A DNA stretch of 64,000 nucleotides from an uncultured Chloroflexia bacterium (GTDB taxonomy: Bacteria > Chloroflexota > Limnocylindria > Limnocylindrales > CSP1-4): the NCBI GenBank assembly GCA_963746845.1, contig CAVVCZ010000004.1, positions 1,312,001-1,376,000 on the forward strand, written 5' to 3'. The notes under the pieces are model-generated. The model was not told the DNA's origin, searched no databases, and saw nothing but the letters and a program-made list of their open reading frames with translations. Position numbers and translations under genes: made by a program. Positions 29,460 through 41,110 of this stretch are shown piece by piece. Numbering within the stretch: position 1 is the stretch's first letter; each line of letters opens with the position of its first letter.

Positions 29460-30176
29460 TCAGGCTGCGGCGGCGGCGGTCCCGTCCGGGGCGAGGTCGA
29501 CCGCGATCCCCGGACGCACGAGGCGCCGGTCGGAGGCATCGGGCGCGACGAGCTGGAACAGCGAGCGGTCGATCGAGTAGAGCGCGGTCGAGGCGATCCC
29601 GATCCGCCCGAGGCGGAACGTGAAGACCGGGTTCTCGGCATTGCCCGCGTAGTGGACGACCGAGCCGTCGCGGGCGAGCGTCGCGAGATTCGCCTGTCCC
29701 GGGAACGTCCGATGGAGCTGGCGGAGGGCAGCGGCCGCAGTCGGGCAGTCGTCCCACGCATCCTCGAGCCAGCGGGCACCGACCTCCGTGTCCGCCCGGC
29801 CGAAGATCCGGCCCAGGGCCTGGTAGCGCCGGCGGGTCTCGGCGACCCCCTGGAGATCGCCGTTGTGGCTGAAGACGAACCGGCCGGCCGGATCCGCGAA
29901 CGGCTGCGTGTCGGCGAGCTGGAGGGTCGACAGCTTCGAGGGTCGGCGCAGGTGGACCAGGAGGCTCGTCGTCTCGTTCGCCCCGACATCGGACGCTCCC
30001 GGATCGTCGGCGAAGGACCGGACATCGCGATGGCTCTCGATCGTCCCGTCGGCCCTCAGCCAGGCAGCTCCCCACCCGAACCCGGCCATCCCGAAGTGTT
30101 CGAGCCGCCGGGTGAACGCCCACAGCTCGTCGATCCGGAACGGCTCGCCCGCCCGGGCGACGTAGTGCTCACACAC
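29460..30176 (-). CDS. Class II glutamine amidotransferase (Ntn) family protein
   Basis: N-terminal Cys (MCE), GWG, HLR, DTQPF, FSHNG, DTE. Confidence 0.85.
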   Translation of the reverse strand: MCEHYVARAGEPFRIDELWAFTRRLEHFGMAGFGWGAAWLRADGTIESHRDVRSFADDPGASDVGANETTSLLVHLRRPSKLSTLQLADTQPFADPAGRFVFSHNGDLQGVAETRRRYQALGRIFGRADTEVGARWLEDAWDDCPTAAAALRQLHRTFPGQANLATLARDGSVVHYAGNAENPVFTFRLGRIGIASTALYSIDRSLFQLVAPDASDRRLVRPGIAVDLAPDGTAAAAA

Positions 30177-30203
30177 GGCGGCGATGATACGCGCGGTCCC
30201 GGC

Positions 30204-30497
30204 TCAGCCGCCGTGTCGCGCCCGCATGGCCCCGTCGTAGTCCGGGAAGTAGCGCGCGATGTCGGTCAGATCGAACGACCGAAGGATCAACTCGGGCGGC
30301 TCGCGCTCCAGGAGGAACGCGAACGAGGCCTGGACGAGACCGGCCGGGTCCGCGGCGCCGGGATCGAGGCGGTCGAGATCCGCCGAGCGGACGTCGACAC
30401 GATGCGTCGAGATCTCGCCGCCCTCGTCGTCAATGGTCACCGTGCAGGTCCAGCCGCGCTCGCGGCCTCCATCACAACGAACGCCGATCGCGGCCAT
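30204..30497 (-). CDS. Hypothetical protein
   Basis: SFAFLLEREP..IL..FDL..I.RYFPDY conserved-looking segment; GGAGAAGAGG RBS. Confidence 0.8.
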   Translation of the reverse strand: MAAIGVRCDGGRERGWTCTVTIDDEGGEISTHRVDVRSADLDRLDPGAADPAGLVQASFAFLLEREPPELILRSFDLTDIARYFPDYDGAMRARHGG

Positions 30498-31281
30498 CCT
30501 CTTCTCCCTGGCAGACCGGGCACCAGTATGTCGTCCGCGGGAGCTCCGACTTCAGTGGTCCCGACCGAACGAGAGCGCCGCAGCGCCGGCAGGGCCGGCC
30601 GGATCGACGATAGACCGACATCGGCCCGATCCCGGCGGGGGACTCGACGCTCGCGCGCAGCTTCAGCCGGGCTGTCGCGACCAGTCGGGCCAGCGTCGCG
30701 TCGTCCACGTCCGCGATGCGCGCCCAGGGATGGACCCGCTCCGCGAACAGCGTCTCGTTCCGCCAGATGTTGCCGATCCCGGCGAGCGCCTGCTGGTCGA
30801 GGAGCGCCTCGGAGATGGTCCAGCTCGCACGGGACGGGTCGCGCAGCCGGCGAAGGGCCTCGGCCCCGTGGTCGGGGCCCCATCCGTCGTCCAGCAGGTC
30901 CGGACCGAGCCGCGCCAGCGTCGGATGGATCGCCTCTGTGCGCGTCTCGAACAGCTCGACCACGGGGGCGTCGAAACAGACCGCGACCGCGCCCGGGACC
31001 TCGAGGACGAGCCGGGCGCGGGACGGCGGCCTGCGCCACCGCTCGCCCGGGCGGTAGCGGTGCCACGAGCCCGTCATCCGGAGGTGCGACCGGAGCTCCA
31101 GCCCGTTGTCGAAGCGGATCAGGAGGTTCTTGCCCGCCGCCTCGACCGACACGATCGTCGCGCCGACAACCCGCTCGATCTGCGGCCCGCCCGGTCGCGC
31201 GGTCGCCGCCGTGACGGGTCGCCCGACGAGGTACGGTGCAAGGCCGGCGGCGGTCCGTCGGAGGGTGTCGCCCTCAGGCAC
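30472..31281 (-). CDS. nei: Fpg/Nei family DNA glycosylase (endonuclease VIII-like)
   Basis: N-terminal MPEGD, GKNL, HLRMTGSW, H2TH LLDQQALAGIGNIW, C-terminal CxxC..CxxC zinc finger. Confidence 0.93.
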   Translation of the reverse strand: MPEGDTLRRTAAGLAPYLVGRPVTAATARPGGPQIERVVGATIVSVEAAGKNLLIRFDNGLELRSHLRMTGSWHRYRPGERWRRPPSRARLVLEVPGAVAVCFDAPVVELFETRTEAIHPTLARLGPDLLDDGWGPDHGAEALRRLRDPSRASWTISEALLDQQALAGIGNIWRNETLFAERVHPWARIADVDDATLARLVATARLKLRASVESPAGIGPMSVYRRSGRPCRRCGALVRSGPLKSELPRTTYWCPVCQGEEDGRDRRSL

Positions 31282-34200
31282 GCGCGCGTCGGAGGACGAG
31301 CCCGCGGTAGCCGGGCACGAACCCGGCCGCGATCAGCCGGTCGCGGACGGGCGCGGACCCGACCGGCTCCCCGTCGACCTTCGTGATCACGAGCTCCCGG
31401 ATCCGCCCGTCGGCGACGAGAACGTCGAGGGCGCGCGCGGCCGTCACCGCGACGTCCGGGTCGTCGCCCGCCGGCAGGACCTGGAGCGACCCGCCGCCGC
31501 GTTCCAGGTACAGCGCCGCGACGCCATCGACGAGGACGACGTAGGCGCCCGCAGCGCGCTGGAGTGGTCGGCGATCGTTCTCGCCGCGCCGCGGCCACGG
31601 GATGGCGGCGCCGTACGGGTTCGCGGGGTCGGCGGCGGCGAGGAGATGGACCGCGACCTCGTCCGGTCCGCGGGCGGCATCGCGCACGGATCGCAGCCGT
31701 TCGATCGCCCCTGCCTGGGCGAACTGGGCGGCGCCGAGCCCGTCGACGAAGTAGCCCCGCCGGATCCGGCCGGCCTCCTCGAGGGCCCGGAGGACCGGGT
31801 AGACACCCGAGAAGCCGCCGTCGACCGACTCCCCGGCGACCCCGTCACGGGTCACGATCCCCTGGCGGTCGAGCAGGGCCAGGGCGGCGGCGTGGGCGCG
31901 TTCGGTCGGGGTCCCGGCGGCGGGCTCCAGGAGGGACCAGCGACCGGCCGCCTCGGGCGGACCGAGCGAGGTCAGACGACCGGGCCGGCGGCGGACGTCG
32001 CGGGCGGAGCGCTTCCAGCGCAGGGCACGGAGCGGCGCGAACGTGTCGTTCGTGACCTCGCCGGCCCAGACGAGATCCCACAGCGCGTCGAGGACCTCGC
32101 GGTCCGACCCGCCGCCGGCGGCCGCGAACAGCTCACGGTAGAACGAGGCGCCACGTGCGGCGAGGTGCTCTCGGATCCGATCGTGGCGCGCACCCGTCCG
32201 GCCGGTCGTCGAGGGGCACACTGCCCGGGCGGAGCGCCTCGCGGCCAGGCCGGACGAGCACGATCCGTCCGTCGTCGCGACCCAGGCTCCCCCGGCCCAC
32301 CCACGCGACCTCGCCCATCGCGCCGAGCTCGTCGAGGAGCCGCGGCTGGTAGCCGGAGATGCGCGCAGGCAGGATGTCCCGCTCCAGCACCGACGCGGGC
32401 AGCGCGACCCCCGCGAGCTGGTCGACGACCTCGGCGAGCCGCTCGAGCGCCGCGCCCTGACGGAGCGGGGCGGCCTCGCTACCGACGGCGGCCACGCCGT
32501 GCCACGCGGGCAGGAACCGGGCGTACGCCGCCGGATCGACCGGCTCGACCTCCTTGCGCAGCCGCGCCAGCGATCTGCGGCGGAGGAGGCGGAGCACATC
32601 CGGGTCGATCCACTCGCGCTCGGCGCCGCCCGGTCGGAACTCCCCGCGGAGGATCGTCCCGGCGTCGAGGAGCCGCTCCAGCGCATCCTCGACGACGCCG
32701 ATCGGCAGACCCCAGCGTCGTGCCGGATCCGGCGTGACGAACGGGCCGTGGGTCCGCGCGAACCGCGCGAGCAACCCATCGAGCGCGCCGGAAGCCGGGG
32801 CCAGGAACGCCTCGGGAACGCCGGTCGGGGGCGACACGCCGACGCCGTCGCGGTAGCGGGCGACGTCCTCGATCGCGATCCAGCGGTCCTCGCCGGCGAT
32901 CCGCGCCGCAACGGCCCGGCGCGACCCGATCAGCTCGGTCAGCCACGCGTCGCCGGCCACGGCGCCGCCCTCGGTTCGCGCGGCGATCTCGTCGGCAGAC
33001 AGGTCGCCGAGCCGTCGGAGCAGGTCGTGGAGCTGGTCGACGGTCGTCGCGAGCCGGTCATCGGTCAGGGCCTGGAGGCTGAGCTCCAGGTCGGCGAGCG
33101 CGTCCGGATCGAGGAGCTCCCGGAGCTCCTCCTGCCCGAGCAGCTCGCGGAGCAGGTCGCGGTCCAGGGTCAGGGCACCGGCGCGGCGCTCGGCCATCGG
33201 TGCGTCGCCGTCGTACATGTAGGCGGCGACGTAGTCGAAGAGGAGCGAGCTCGCGAACGGGCTTGCGCGGGGCGTCTCGACGCTGTGGATCGCGATCTCG
33301 CGCCGCGCGACACCACCAAGCACCTCGCGGAGGGCCGGCAGGTCGAAGACGTCCGAGAGGACCTCGCGGTAGGTCTCGACGAGGATCGGGAAGCTCCCGT
33401 AGCGGCTGGCGACGGCGAGCAGGTCGGCCGCCCGCTGACGCTGCTGCCAGAGCGGCGTCCGGGTGCCGGGCCGTCGTCGAGGGAGGAGCAGCGCCCGGGC
33501 CGCGTTCTCGCGGAACCGGGACGCGAACAAGGCCGACGACGCGACCTGGCCGACGACGATGTCCTCGACCTCGTCCGGGTCCGGGAAGAGCGCCTGGGTC
33601 GCGGGCTCGACCACGTCGTCGCCGTCCGGCAGCCGGATCGCGATCCCGTCGTCCGACCAGATCGTCCGGACCTCGCCGGCCAGCCGCTCGTTGAGCCGCG
33701 CCTCGATCGCGAGCGACCACGGGGCGTGGACCCGGCCACCGAACGGGGTCAACAAGACGAGCCGCCAGTCGCCGAGCTCGTCGCGGAAGCGCTGGACGAC
33801 GATCCGCCGGTCCGTCGGCAGGGCGCCGCCGGCCTCGCGCTCGTCCTCCAGGTAGGCGACGAGGTTCTCGGCGGCCAGCTCGTCGAGGTCGTGGAACTCC
33901 CGCAGCCGGCCGATCACGGTCGCCCGGCCGCGCGCGCCACGGGCGATGTCGGTGTCCGCCTCGCGGATGAAGGCGCCGAGCGCCCGACCGAGCTCGATCG
34001 GCCGGCCGAGCGCGTCGCCCTTCCAGAACGGCAGGCGGCCGGGGACGCCGGGCGCCGGCGACACGGTCACGCGATCGTGCGAGATCTCCTCGATCCGCCA
34101 GCTGCTCGCTCCGAGCGTGATCACCTCGCCGGCGCGGCTCTCGTAGACCATCTCCTCGTCGAGCTCGCCGACACGCCGGCCGGGCGTCCCGGCCTCGCCG

Positions 34201-35850
34201 ACCATGAACACCCCGAACAGCCCGCGATCCGGGATCGTCCCGCCGCTCGTCACCGCGACGACGCGCGCGTCGCGCCGACCGGTCGACCTGGTCCGTCGTC
34301 CGGTCCCACAGGATCCGCGGCTTGAGCTCGGCGAACTCGTCCGACGGATACGCGCCCGCGAGCATCCCGAGGACCCCCTCGAGGACCTCGCGGCTCAGCG
34401 TCTCGTACGGCGTGGCCCGGTTGATCGTCCGCAGGAGGTCGTCGACCGTCCAGCCGTCCATCACCGTCATCGCGACGATCTGCTGGGCGAGGACGTCGAG
34501 CGGGTTCCGGGGGATCGTCGTGGTCTCGATGGCGCCCTCGTGCATCCGCCGCGCGACTACGGCCGCCTCCAGCAGGTCGCCGCGGTACTTCGGGAAGATC
34601 ACGCCCTTGCTCGGTGCTCCGACCTGGTGGCCGGCTCGCCCGACGCGCTGGAGCCCACGTGCGACCGAGGTCGGGCTCTCGACCTGGATCACGAGGTCGA
34701 CGGTGCCCATGTCGATGCCGAGCTCCAGGCTCGACGTCGCAACGATCGCGGGCACCCGGCCCGCCTTCAGGTCCTCCTCGATCCGGACGCGCTGCTCCCG
34801 GGCGATCGACCCGTGGTGAGCGCGCACGAGCTCCTCGCCGGCCAGCTCGTTCAGGCGCTGGGCGAGGCGCTCGGACAGCCGGCGGCTGTTCGTGAAGACG
34901 ATCGTCGTGCGGTGCTCGCGGATCAGCTCGAGGATCCGCGGGTGGATCGCCGGCCAGATGCTGACCCGGGCCTCGGGGTTCGTCGCCGGGCCACCCGGCT
35001 GCTCGTCGAGCGGGAGGACCTCGCCCGGCTTCGTCATGTCCTCGATCGGGACGACGACCTGGAGGTCGAGCGGCTTGCGCGCGCCGGCATCCACGATCGT
35101 CACGTCCCGCCCCGGCCCCGTGCCGCCGAGGAACCGGGCGATCGTGTCGAGCGGGCGCTGGGTGGCGCTGAGGCCGATCCGCTGCGGCGGCGACGAGCCC
35201 TCGCGGCCGGCGATCAGGTGCTCCAGTCGCTCGAGCGTCAGCGCGAGGTGGGCGCCACGCTTGGACCCGGCGATCGCGTGGACCTCGTCGATGATGACGT
35301 GCTCGACGCCGGCGAGGACCTCGCGCGCCTGGCTCGTGAGCATCAGGTACAGGGATTCCGGGGTCGTGATCAGGATGTCCGGCGGACGACGCGCCAGGTT
35401 ACGGCGGTCCTCGGCGGGCGTGTCGCCGGTACGGCTGGCGACCGAGATGTCCGGCGCCGGCAGGCCGAGCCGGGCCGCGGCGAGGGCGATCCCGGCGAGC
35501 GGCGCCCGGAGGTTCCGCTCGACGTCGTAGGTCAGGGCCTTCAAGGGGCTCACGTAGAGGACGCGGACCGTCCCGGGATGCGCTTTCGTGGGCGTCGGGC
35601 GCGGTGGCGACGCCGCGAGCCGGTCCAGCGTCCACAGGAACGCGGCGAGCGTCTTGCCGCTGCCCGTCGGGGCGTGGATCAGCGTGTGGTGACCGCCCGA
35701 GATCGCGGCCCAGCCCTCGGCCTGGGCCTGCGTGGGTGCGGCGAACGAGCTCTCGAACCATGCCCGAACCGCAGGCGAGAACGGCGCCAGCGGGTCGGTC
35801 GCTGGGTCGCCGGCTGACGGCTCGTCGGGCGGGAGCGTCACGGTGGCCAC
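31274..35850 (-). CDS. lhr: Lhr family ATP-dependent helicase (frameshifts near 34283 and 32190)
   Basis: APTGSGKT, TTPESL, DEVH, LSAT, HHGS, LELGID, QRVGRAGH; continues in two further frames (GGTIPDRG; AADPANPYG). Overlaps nei. Confidence 0.92.
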
Positions 35851-35949
35851 GGGACTCGCGAGTATAGATGTCCGCCGCGATTTCGACCACCCGTTCGATA
35901 TGCCGGGTTCGACCTGGCGGGGCAGGTGGACAGGGGGCGCACAATCCGG

Positions 35950-36008
35950 GCAGGAGTGGTCCCGCGAGGTCGGGCGAGATGGCCCGGCACGGATGGGCCA
36001 TTGGACCC
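35950..36008. promoter_or_regulatory. Three phased DosR/OsdR-like sites upstream of the DoxX gene
   Basis: GCAGGAGTGGTCCC (35950), GGGCGAGATGGCCC (35972) and GGGCCATTGGACCC (35995), spaced 22-23 bp. Confidence 0.45.
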
Positions 36009-36082
36009 GTGTTCGCCCACCACGTGCCCGGCAGGCTTCGTGCCGAAGGGATCGAAGCGATCCGCACTGGAGGGCAACGGAC

Positions 36083-36850
36083 ATGACTCGCAACCGGCAA
36101 CTGGTGGCCACCCTCGGGGCCATCGCCGCCCTGATCCTGTTCTGGCTCGAGAACCCCTGGTTCCGGCCCGAGGACATCAACGATGGCCTCCGGGCAATCG
36201 CCACTGTGGCGTTCTGGGTGGCGTTCCTCGCGGTGATCGTGCTGATGTTCCAGGAGCGGAACAACTCCGGCGCCACGGAAGTCCAGGTCGAGGGTCCGGC
36301 GTTCGCCCGGTTCCTCTTCTCGAACACGCAGGCCGGCTTCTTCTGGCTTCCGATCCGGCTGTTCCTCGCCTTCTCGTGGATCGAAGCGGGCTGGCACAAG
36401 GCGAGCGGCACCGGCTGGCTGGACGGCGGATCGGCGCTCAAGGGCTTCTGGACGGCGGCGGTCGCGCTGCCGGATCAGGGCCGACCGCCGATCTCGTTCG
36501 AGTGGTACCGCGACTTCATCAACGTCCTGCTGAACAACCACGCCGAAGGCTGGTTCGCCTACCTGATCGTCTTCGGCGAGCTGGCGGTCGGGATCGGGCT
36601 CCTGGTCGGCGCCCTGGTCGGTGTCGCAGCCTTCTTCGGGGCGATGCTGAACATGTCGTTCCTGCTCGCGGGCTCGGCGTCCACCAACCCGGTGCTGTTC
36701 ACGATGGCGATCGGGCTCATCCTCGGCTGGAAGGTCGCCGGCTACATCGGCCTCGACCGCTACCTGCTGCCGCTGGTCGGCGTTCCCTGGCGCGCCGAGG
36801 TGAAGCAACAGCCCCCACGCTCGGCGGACACACCCGTCGCGGCGACCTGA
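36083..36850 (+). CDS. DoxX/DoxD family membrane protein
   Basis: WLPIRLFL..W..AGWHK, GELAVGIGLLVG, NMSFLLAGSASTNP, IGLDR; GGAGG RBS. Confidence 0.88.
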   Translation: MTRNRQLVATLGAIAALILFWLENPWFRPEDINDGLRAIATVAFWVAFLAVIVLMFQERNNSGATEVQVEGPAFARFLFSNTQAGFFWLPIRLFLAFSWIEAGWHKASGTGWLDGGSALKGFWTAAVALPDQGRPPISFEWYRDFINVLLNNHAEGWFAYLIVFGELAVGIGLLVGALVGVAAFFGAMLNMSFLLAGSASTNPVLFTMAIGLILGWKVAGYIGLDRYLLPLVGVPWRAEVKQQPPRSADTPVAAT

Positions 36851-36878
36851 GACGCGACGATCGCACGACCCTGACCTC

Positions 36879-36910
36879 GGACGACCCGGGCCCACCCCCC
36901 GGGTCGTTCG
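36879..36910. terminator. Stem-loop between convergent genes
   Basis: GACGACCCGG...CCGGGTCGTT inverted repeat. Confidence 0.55.
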
Positions 36911-36919
36911 GCGTCCGGG

Positions 36920-38658
36920 TCAGTCGCGGTGCGCCTCGAGAGCCATCGGGTCGAGCCGGCCGGCCGTGCCGGAGGCCTCCCCGACCCTGAACCCGGCCCG
37001 GTCGAGCATCCGTCGCGCGATCGCGACCCGCGTGCCGTGGGCGAGCGGCTCGACCGGGTCCCGCTCGCCCACCGTGACCACGGCCCGCAGTCCACCGGCG
37101 CCCACGGCCTCGACATGCGATGCGAGCAGCCGCGTCCCGAGACCGTGGCCCCGCTGCGCCGGCGCCACGCCGAGCGCCAGCGAGCTCCGCCGGGCCCCGT
37201 GGCCGTCGCCCGGGACGACACGGCCAGCGCGACGACGACCGCGCCGTCGACCGCCGCTGTCACAGCCGCGCCATCCGCGAGAGCGGCAGCGATCATCGCC
37301 CGGACGTCCGACGGGGCGACGGCCGAGACCACGCGCTCGGCCACCGACAGCCGATCCCACGCGGCCCGATCGACCGCGACGATCGTGGGAGTCGCGGTCG
37401 AGGGCGAGGGTGCGGGCGCGTCCGCGGACGCGGAGCCGACGGGGCGGGCCACCGAACCCTGCGGCGCCCACCACCCGCGATCGACCGCCTCGCGGACGAG
37501 CCGAGGGACGACGACCTCGCGGACCGCGGCCGCTGTGGCCGTCGACGTTCGCTCGGAGGCTGCCTGCGATGTCGACATCGGGTCGCCGGCGTTGGGCTCG
37601 TCGAGGAATCGCTCCGGGAGCGACGCGACCCCGTATCGAGCGGCCTCCCCGGCCCAGCGCTCCCGCCACGCGGTCGGCAGCCGGTCCGGCGCCTCGCGAT
37701 GGGCGGCCGCCAGCCACACCAGCGACCACGACCGGGGCACGACGTCGTACACGCCGTAGCCACCGCCACCGGTCGACAGCCACCGACCACCCGCCCACCG
37801 GTGGGCGACGGCGTCGACCAGCCGGGCCGCGTCGCCCATCGCAGTCGTCGTGTTGCGGAGATGGGCGAGCGGATCCCAGGCGTGGCTGTCGGCGCCGTGC
37901 TGGGACACGACGAGATCCGGCGCGAACGACGCGGCGAGCTCCGGCAGGAGCGAGCGAACCGCGGGGAGCCACGCGCCTTCCCCGGTCTCCGGCTCGAGGG
38001 GCACATTGACGACGGTCCCGGCCGCGGTCCCCTCCCCCAGCTCGTTCGCGAACCCGGTCCCCGGGAAGAGGTACCGGCCGCTTTCGTGGATCGACAGCGT
38101 GAGCACACCCGGATCCGTGGCGTGGATCGCCTCGACGCCGTCCCCGTGATGGACGTCGAGGTCGACGTACAGGACGCGGAGTCCGTCTCGACGCGCCCGG
38201 GCGATCGCGAGCGCCGGGTCGTCGTAGATGCAGAAGCCGGACGCCCGCGACGGCATCGCGTGGTGCAGGCCGCCGCCCGGGTGGAAGGCGTGCTCGACGT
38301 CGCCGCGGAGGATCGCCTCCATCGCCCGGATCGAGCCGCCGGCGACCGCGGCGGCGGCCTCGTGCATGCCCCCGAACGGCGGGTCGTCGCCACCGAACCC
38401 GATCCCGGCCTCGGCCTCGAGCCACCCGCCGTGATCGGCGGCGAGCGAGAAGTGCCGGACCACGTCCAGGTAGGACCGCGTGTGCGCCCAGAGCAGCTCC
38501 TCGTCCGGCGCGGGCTCCGGCGCCAGGCCGGGTTCGGCCCCGATCTCCCGGAGCAGCTCGATCCCCGGCCCGAACCGCCGCGGCGTCAGCGGGTGCGAGG
38601 GCCCGAAGTCGTAGTCGAGCGAGCGAGGTCCGAACACGAGGAGCGGCTGATCGGGCAC
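36920..38658 (-). CDS. acuC: AcuC/HDAC-family Zn deacetylase with C-terminal GNAT-like domain (frameshift near 37190)
   Basis: HPLTP.R, GGLHHA, SGFC, DLDVHHGDG, GADSH.WDPL, GGGGY; C-terminal LGVAPAQRGHGLGTRLL...RAGF. Confidence 0.85.
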
Positions 38659-38677
38659 GAGTGGCACGATACCGGCG

Positions 38678-39094
38678 ATGGAACGCGTCTACACCACGCC
38701 GCTCCTCGACAAGCTCGGGATCCGGCCCGGCATGCGGGTCGCGATCGTCGGCGACCTCGACGCCGACCCCGAGGCCCCGGTCTTCCGGTCGAGCCTGGCC
38801 GATCGGACGAGCGACGTCACCGCCGGTGCTCCGAAACCGGACTCCGATGTCGTCCTGTTGATGGCCGACACGACGGGTGAGCTCGAGGCCCTCACGGACC
38901 TCCGGCGCCGGATCAAGCCGGCCGGCGCCATCTGGGTCGTGTCCCGGAAGGGCAAGGCCGCGACGCTCCGCGATGTCGAGGTGATCGCCGCCGCCCGGGA
39001 CCACGATCTCGTCGACAACAAGGTCGTCGCGTTCTCGGCCGAACGAACCGCGCAGCGCCTCGTGATCCCCGTCGCCCTTCGGCCGCCTCGCTGA
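38678..39094 (+). CDS. DUF3052-like protein
   Basis: LLDKLGIRPG, GAIWVV..KG, LVDNKV. Confidence 0.75.
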   Translation: MERVYTTPLLDKLGIRPGMRVAIVGDLDADPEAPVFRSSLADRTSDVTAGAPKPDSDVVLLMADTTGELEALTDLRRRIKPAGAIWVVSRKGKAATLRDVEVIAAARDHDLVDNKVVAFSAERTAQRLVIPVALRPPR

Positions 39095-39112
39095 GGCGCG
39101 TACCATCCGCGC

Positions 39113-39289
39113 ATGGGCGATGTCCTCGTGGTCCTCATCATCGTGCTGATCCTCGTGGTCGTGTGGCGAGGCCCGAAGACGCTCCCCGGCATCGGCGCGG
39201 CGCTCGGTCGAGGCGTCAAGGGCGCCCGTGACGAGGCCTCGAAGCTGGGCGAAGGCGAGACGCCGCCATCGGACGGCCCAGCGGCCTGA
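39113..39289 (+). CDS. tatA: TatA/E-like twin-arginine translocase subunit (58 aa, absent from ORF track)
   Basis: MGDVLVVLIIVLILVVVWRGPKTLPGIGAALGRGVKGAR: TM, GP hinge and amphipathic helix. TACCAT 6 nt upstream. Confidence 0.8.
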   Translation: MGDVLVVLIIVLILVVVWRGPKTLPGIGAALGRGVKGARDEASKLGEGETPPSDGPAA

Positions 39290-39310
39290 CGAGGCCCGTC
39301 GGCCGGGCGA

Positions 39311-41099
39311 TCAGCCTTCGGCAGCCAGAGGGACCATGCGGGCGTAGCCGGCCACGGCGATCTCCCGGACGCGAGCGGCCGTCGGAGCCGCGAGCGCCTC
39401 GTCCGCGATCGCTCGAACCGTCTCGGGATCGAAGCCTGCGACCGCGGCCCGGATGGAGGCCACCGCCCGAGGCGCGACGCTCAACTCGGTGACGCCGAGG
39501 CCGGCGAAGATGCTTGCGATCAACGGGTCGGCTGCGGCCTCACCGCAGACGGCGACCGGTCGTCCGTGGGCGCGTGCGGCTCGGCAGACCATGGCGATGA
39601 GTCGCAACACGGCCGGCTGATCGGGGGTCGCGAGATCGGCCAACGCCGGGTTCGTCCGGTCCGCCGCGATCGTGTACTGGACCAGGTCATTGGTCCCGAT
39701 GCTGAAGAAGTCGACTTCCGCGGCGAGGATGTCCGCGACCAGTGCGGCGGACGGGACCTCGATCATCACGCCGAAGCGGACGTCGCGCGCGATCTCGGCC
39801 CCGGCCAGTCGCGCCGAATTCGGCTGCACGACCGAGCGCGGCGCGGGTCGCCCGGACTTCGTCGAGCGTCGACACCATCGGGATCAGGACGTGCAACTCG
39901 GTGCCCGCTGCCGCCTCCAGCAGCGCCCGCAACTGCGTCTCGAGCAGGTCCGGTCGGCGGAGGCCGAGGCGGATTCCCCGGACGCCGAGGGCCGGGTTCG
40001 CCTCCCGTTCACCGGGCTCGAACCCTGCGGGCTTGTCGCCGCCGATGTCGAGGGTCCGGAACACCACCGGCCTGCCCCCCATCGCGTCGAGGATCCGGCG
40101 GTACACCGCCCGCTGTTCGTTCAGACCCGGCGCGATCGTCCGGCCCAGGAAGATCAGCTCGGTCCGGACGAGGCCGATCCCGTCGACGCCGGCGCGCGCC
40201 GCCTGTTCGGCCTCCGCGACCGACCCGACGTTTGCCTCGATCCGGATCCCGAGCGGGAGGGACGGGAATGCGATGGTGGCCGCGACCTGGTCCTCGTCAG
40301 GTGGGGCAATCCCCGCCTGAACCTTCGTGGTCGGCGCCGGCGACGGCAGGTCGGCCGGCTCCGGGTCGACGATCAGCCGGCCGACGCCCCCGTCGATCAC
40401 CGCGGACCGGCCATCGAGCCCGATGTGAAGCCCGGGCCCGAGCCCGAGGACGAGCGGGACGCCGAGCGCTCGGGCCACGATCGCCGCGTGGCCGGTCGGG
40501 GCGCCCGCCGCCAGGGCCAGGCCTGCAACGAGCTCCGGCCGGATGCCCGCGACCACCGAGGGATCCAGGTCCTCCGCCGCCACGATCGCACGGGTGCCAT
40601 CACGATGGTGAAGTTCGGGCCGGGTCCGCCCCGCCAGCCGGTCGAGGACCCGCCGGCCGACGTCGCGGAGGTCGGCCGCCCGCTCGCGGAAGTACGCGTC
40701 GTCGACGCCGGCCAGCGTGTCGGCCTGCTCCGCCGCGACCCGGTCGATCGCCTCCTCCGCGGATGCGCCGCTGCGGATCGCGTCGATCGCCGGATCAACG
40801 ATCCCCGGATCGCGCGCGAAGATCGCCTGGGCCTCGAAGATCGCCCCGATGTCCGCGCCGGCCCGACCGGTCGTCTCCCGGGCCAGGGTGTCGAGCTCCG
40901 CCGCCGCGGCCGCCAGGGCGTCGAGCAGCCGCCGCTCCTCGCCGGCGATGTCGTCCGGACCGGGACGCTCGCCGGCGCCCGGGCGCAGTCGTCGCGGCTT
41001 CGCGTGTCCGACCCCGTTGGAGGATCCGCCCAACCAGAGCAGGCGACCGGCGCCGCTTCCGGGCGATCCGGACTGCCCGTCGAGAACGATGCGCGGCAT
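39311..41099 (-). CDS. ptsI: PTS enzyme I, PEP-protein phosphotransferase (frameshift near 39830)
   Basis: YFRERAADLRDV, TGHAAIVAR (phospho-His), GIGLVRTE, RTLDIGGDK, NPALGVRG, MIEVP, SIGTNDL, VCGE. Confidence 0.92.
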
Positions 41100-41110
41100 C
41101 GGACGCCCCG

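Noticed and set aside
30472-35850. lhr-nei coupling and ku-ligD (59983-63736) as novel repair systems
   Set aside because: Both arrangements are already well described (mycobacterial lhr-nei2 operon; bacterial NHEJ).
31274-41099. Programmed ribosomal frameshifting in lhr, acuC and ptsI
   Set aside because: I saw no slippery heptamers at the shift sites, and these families are not known to be recoded; sequencing indels are more parsimonious.
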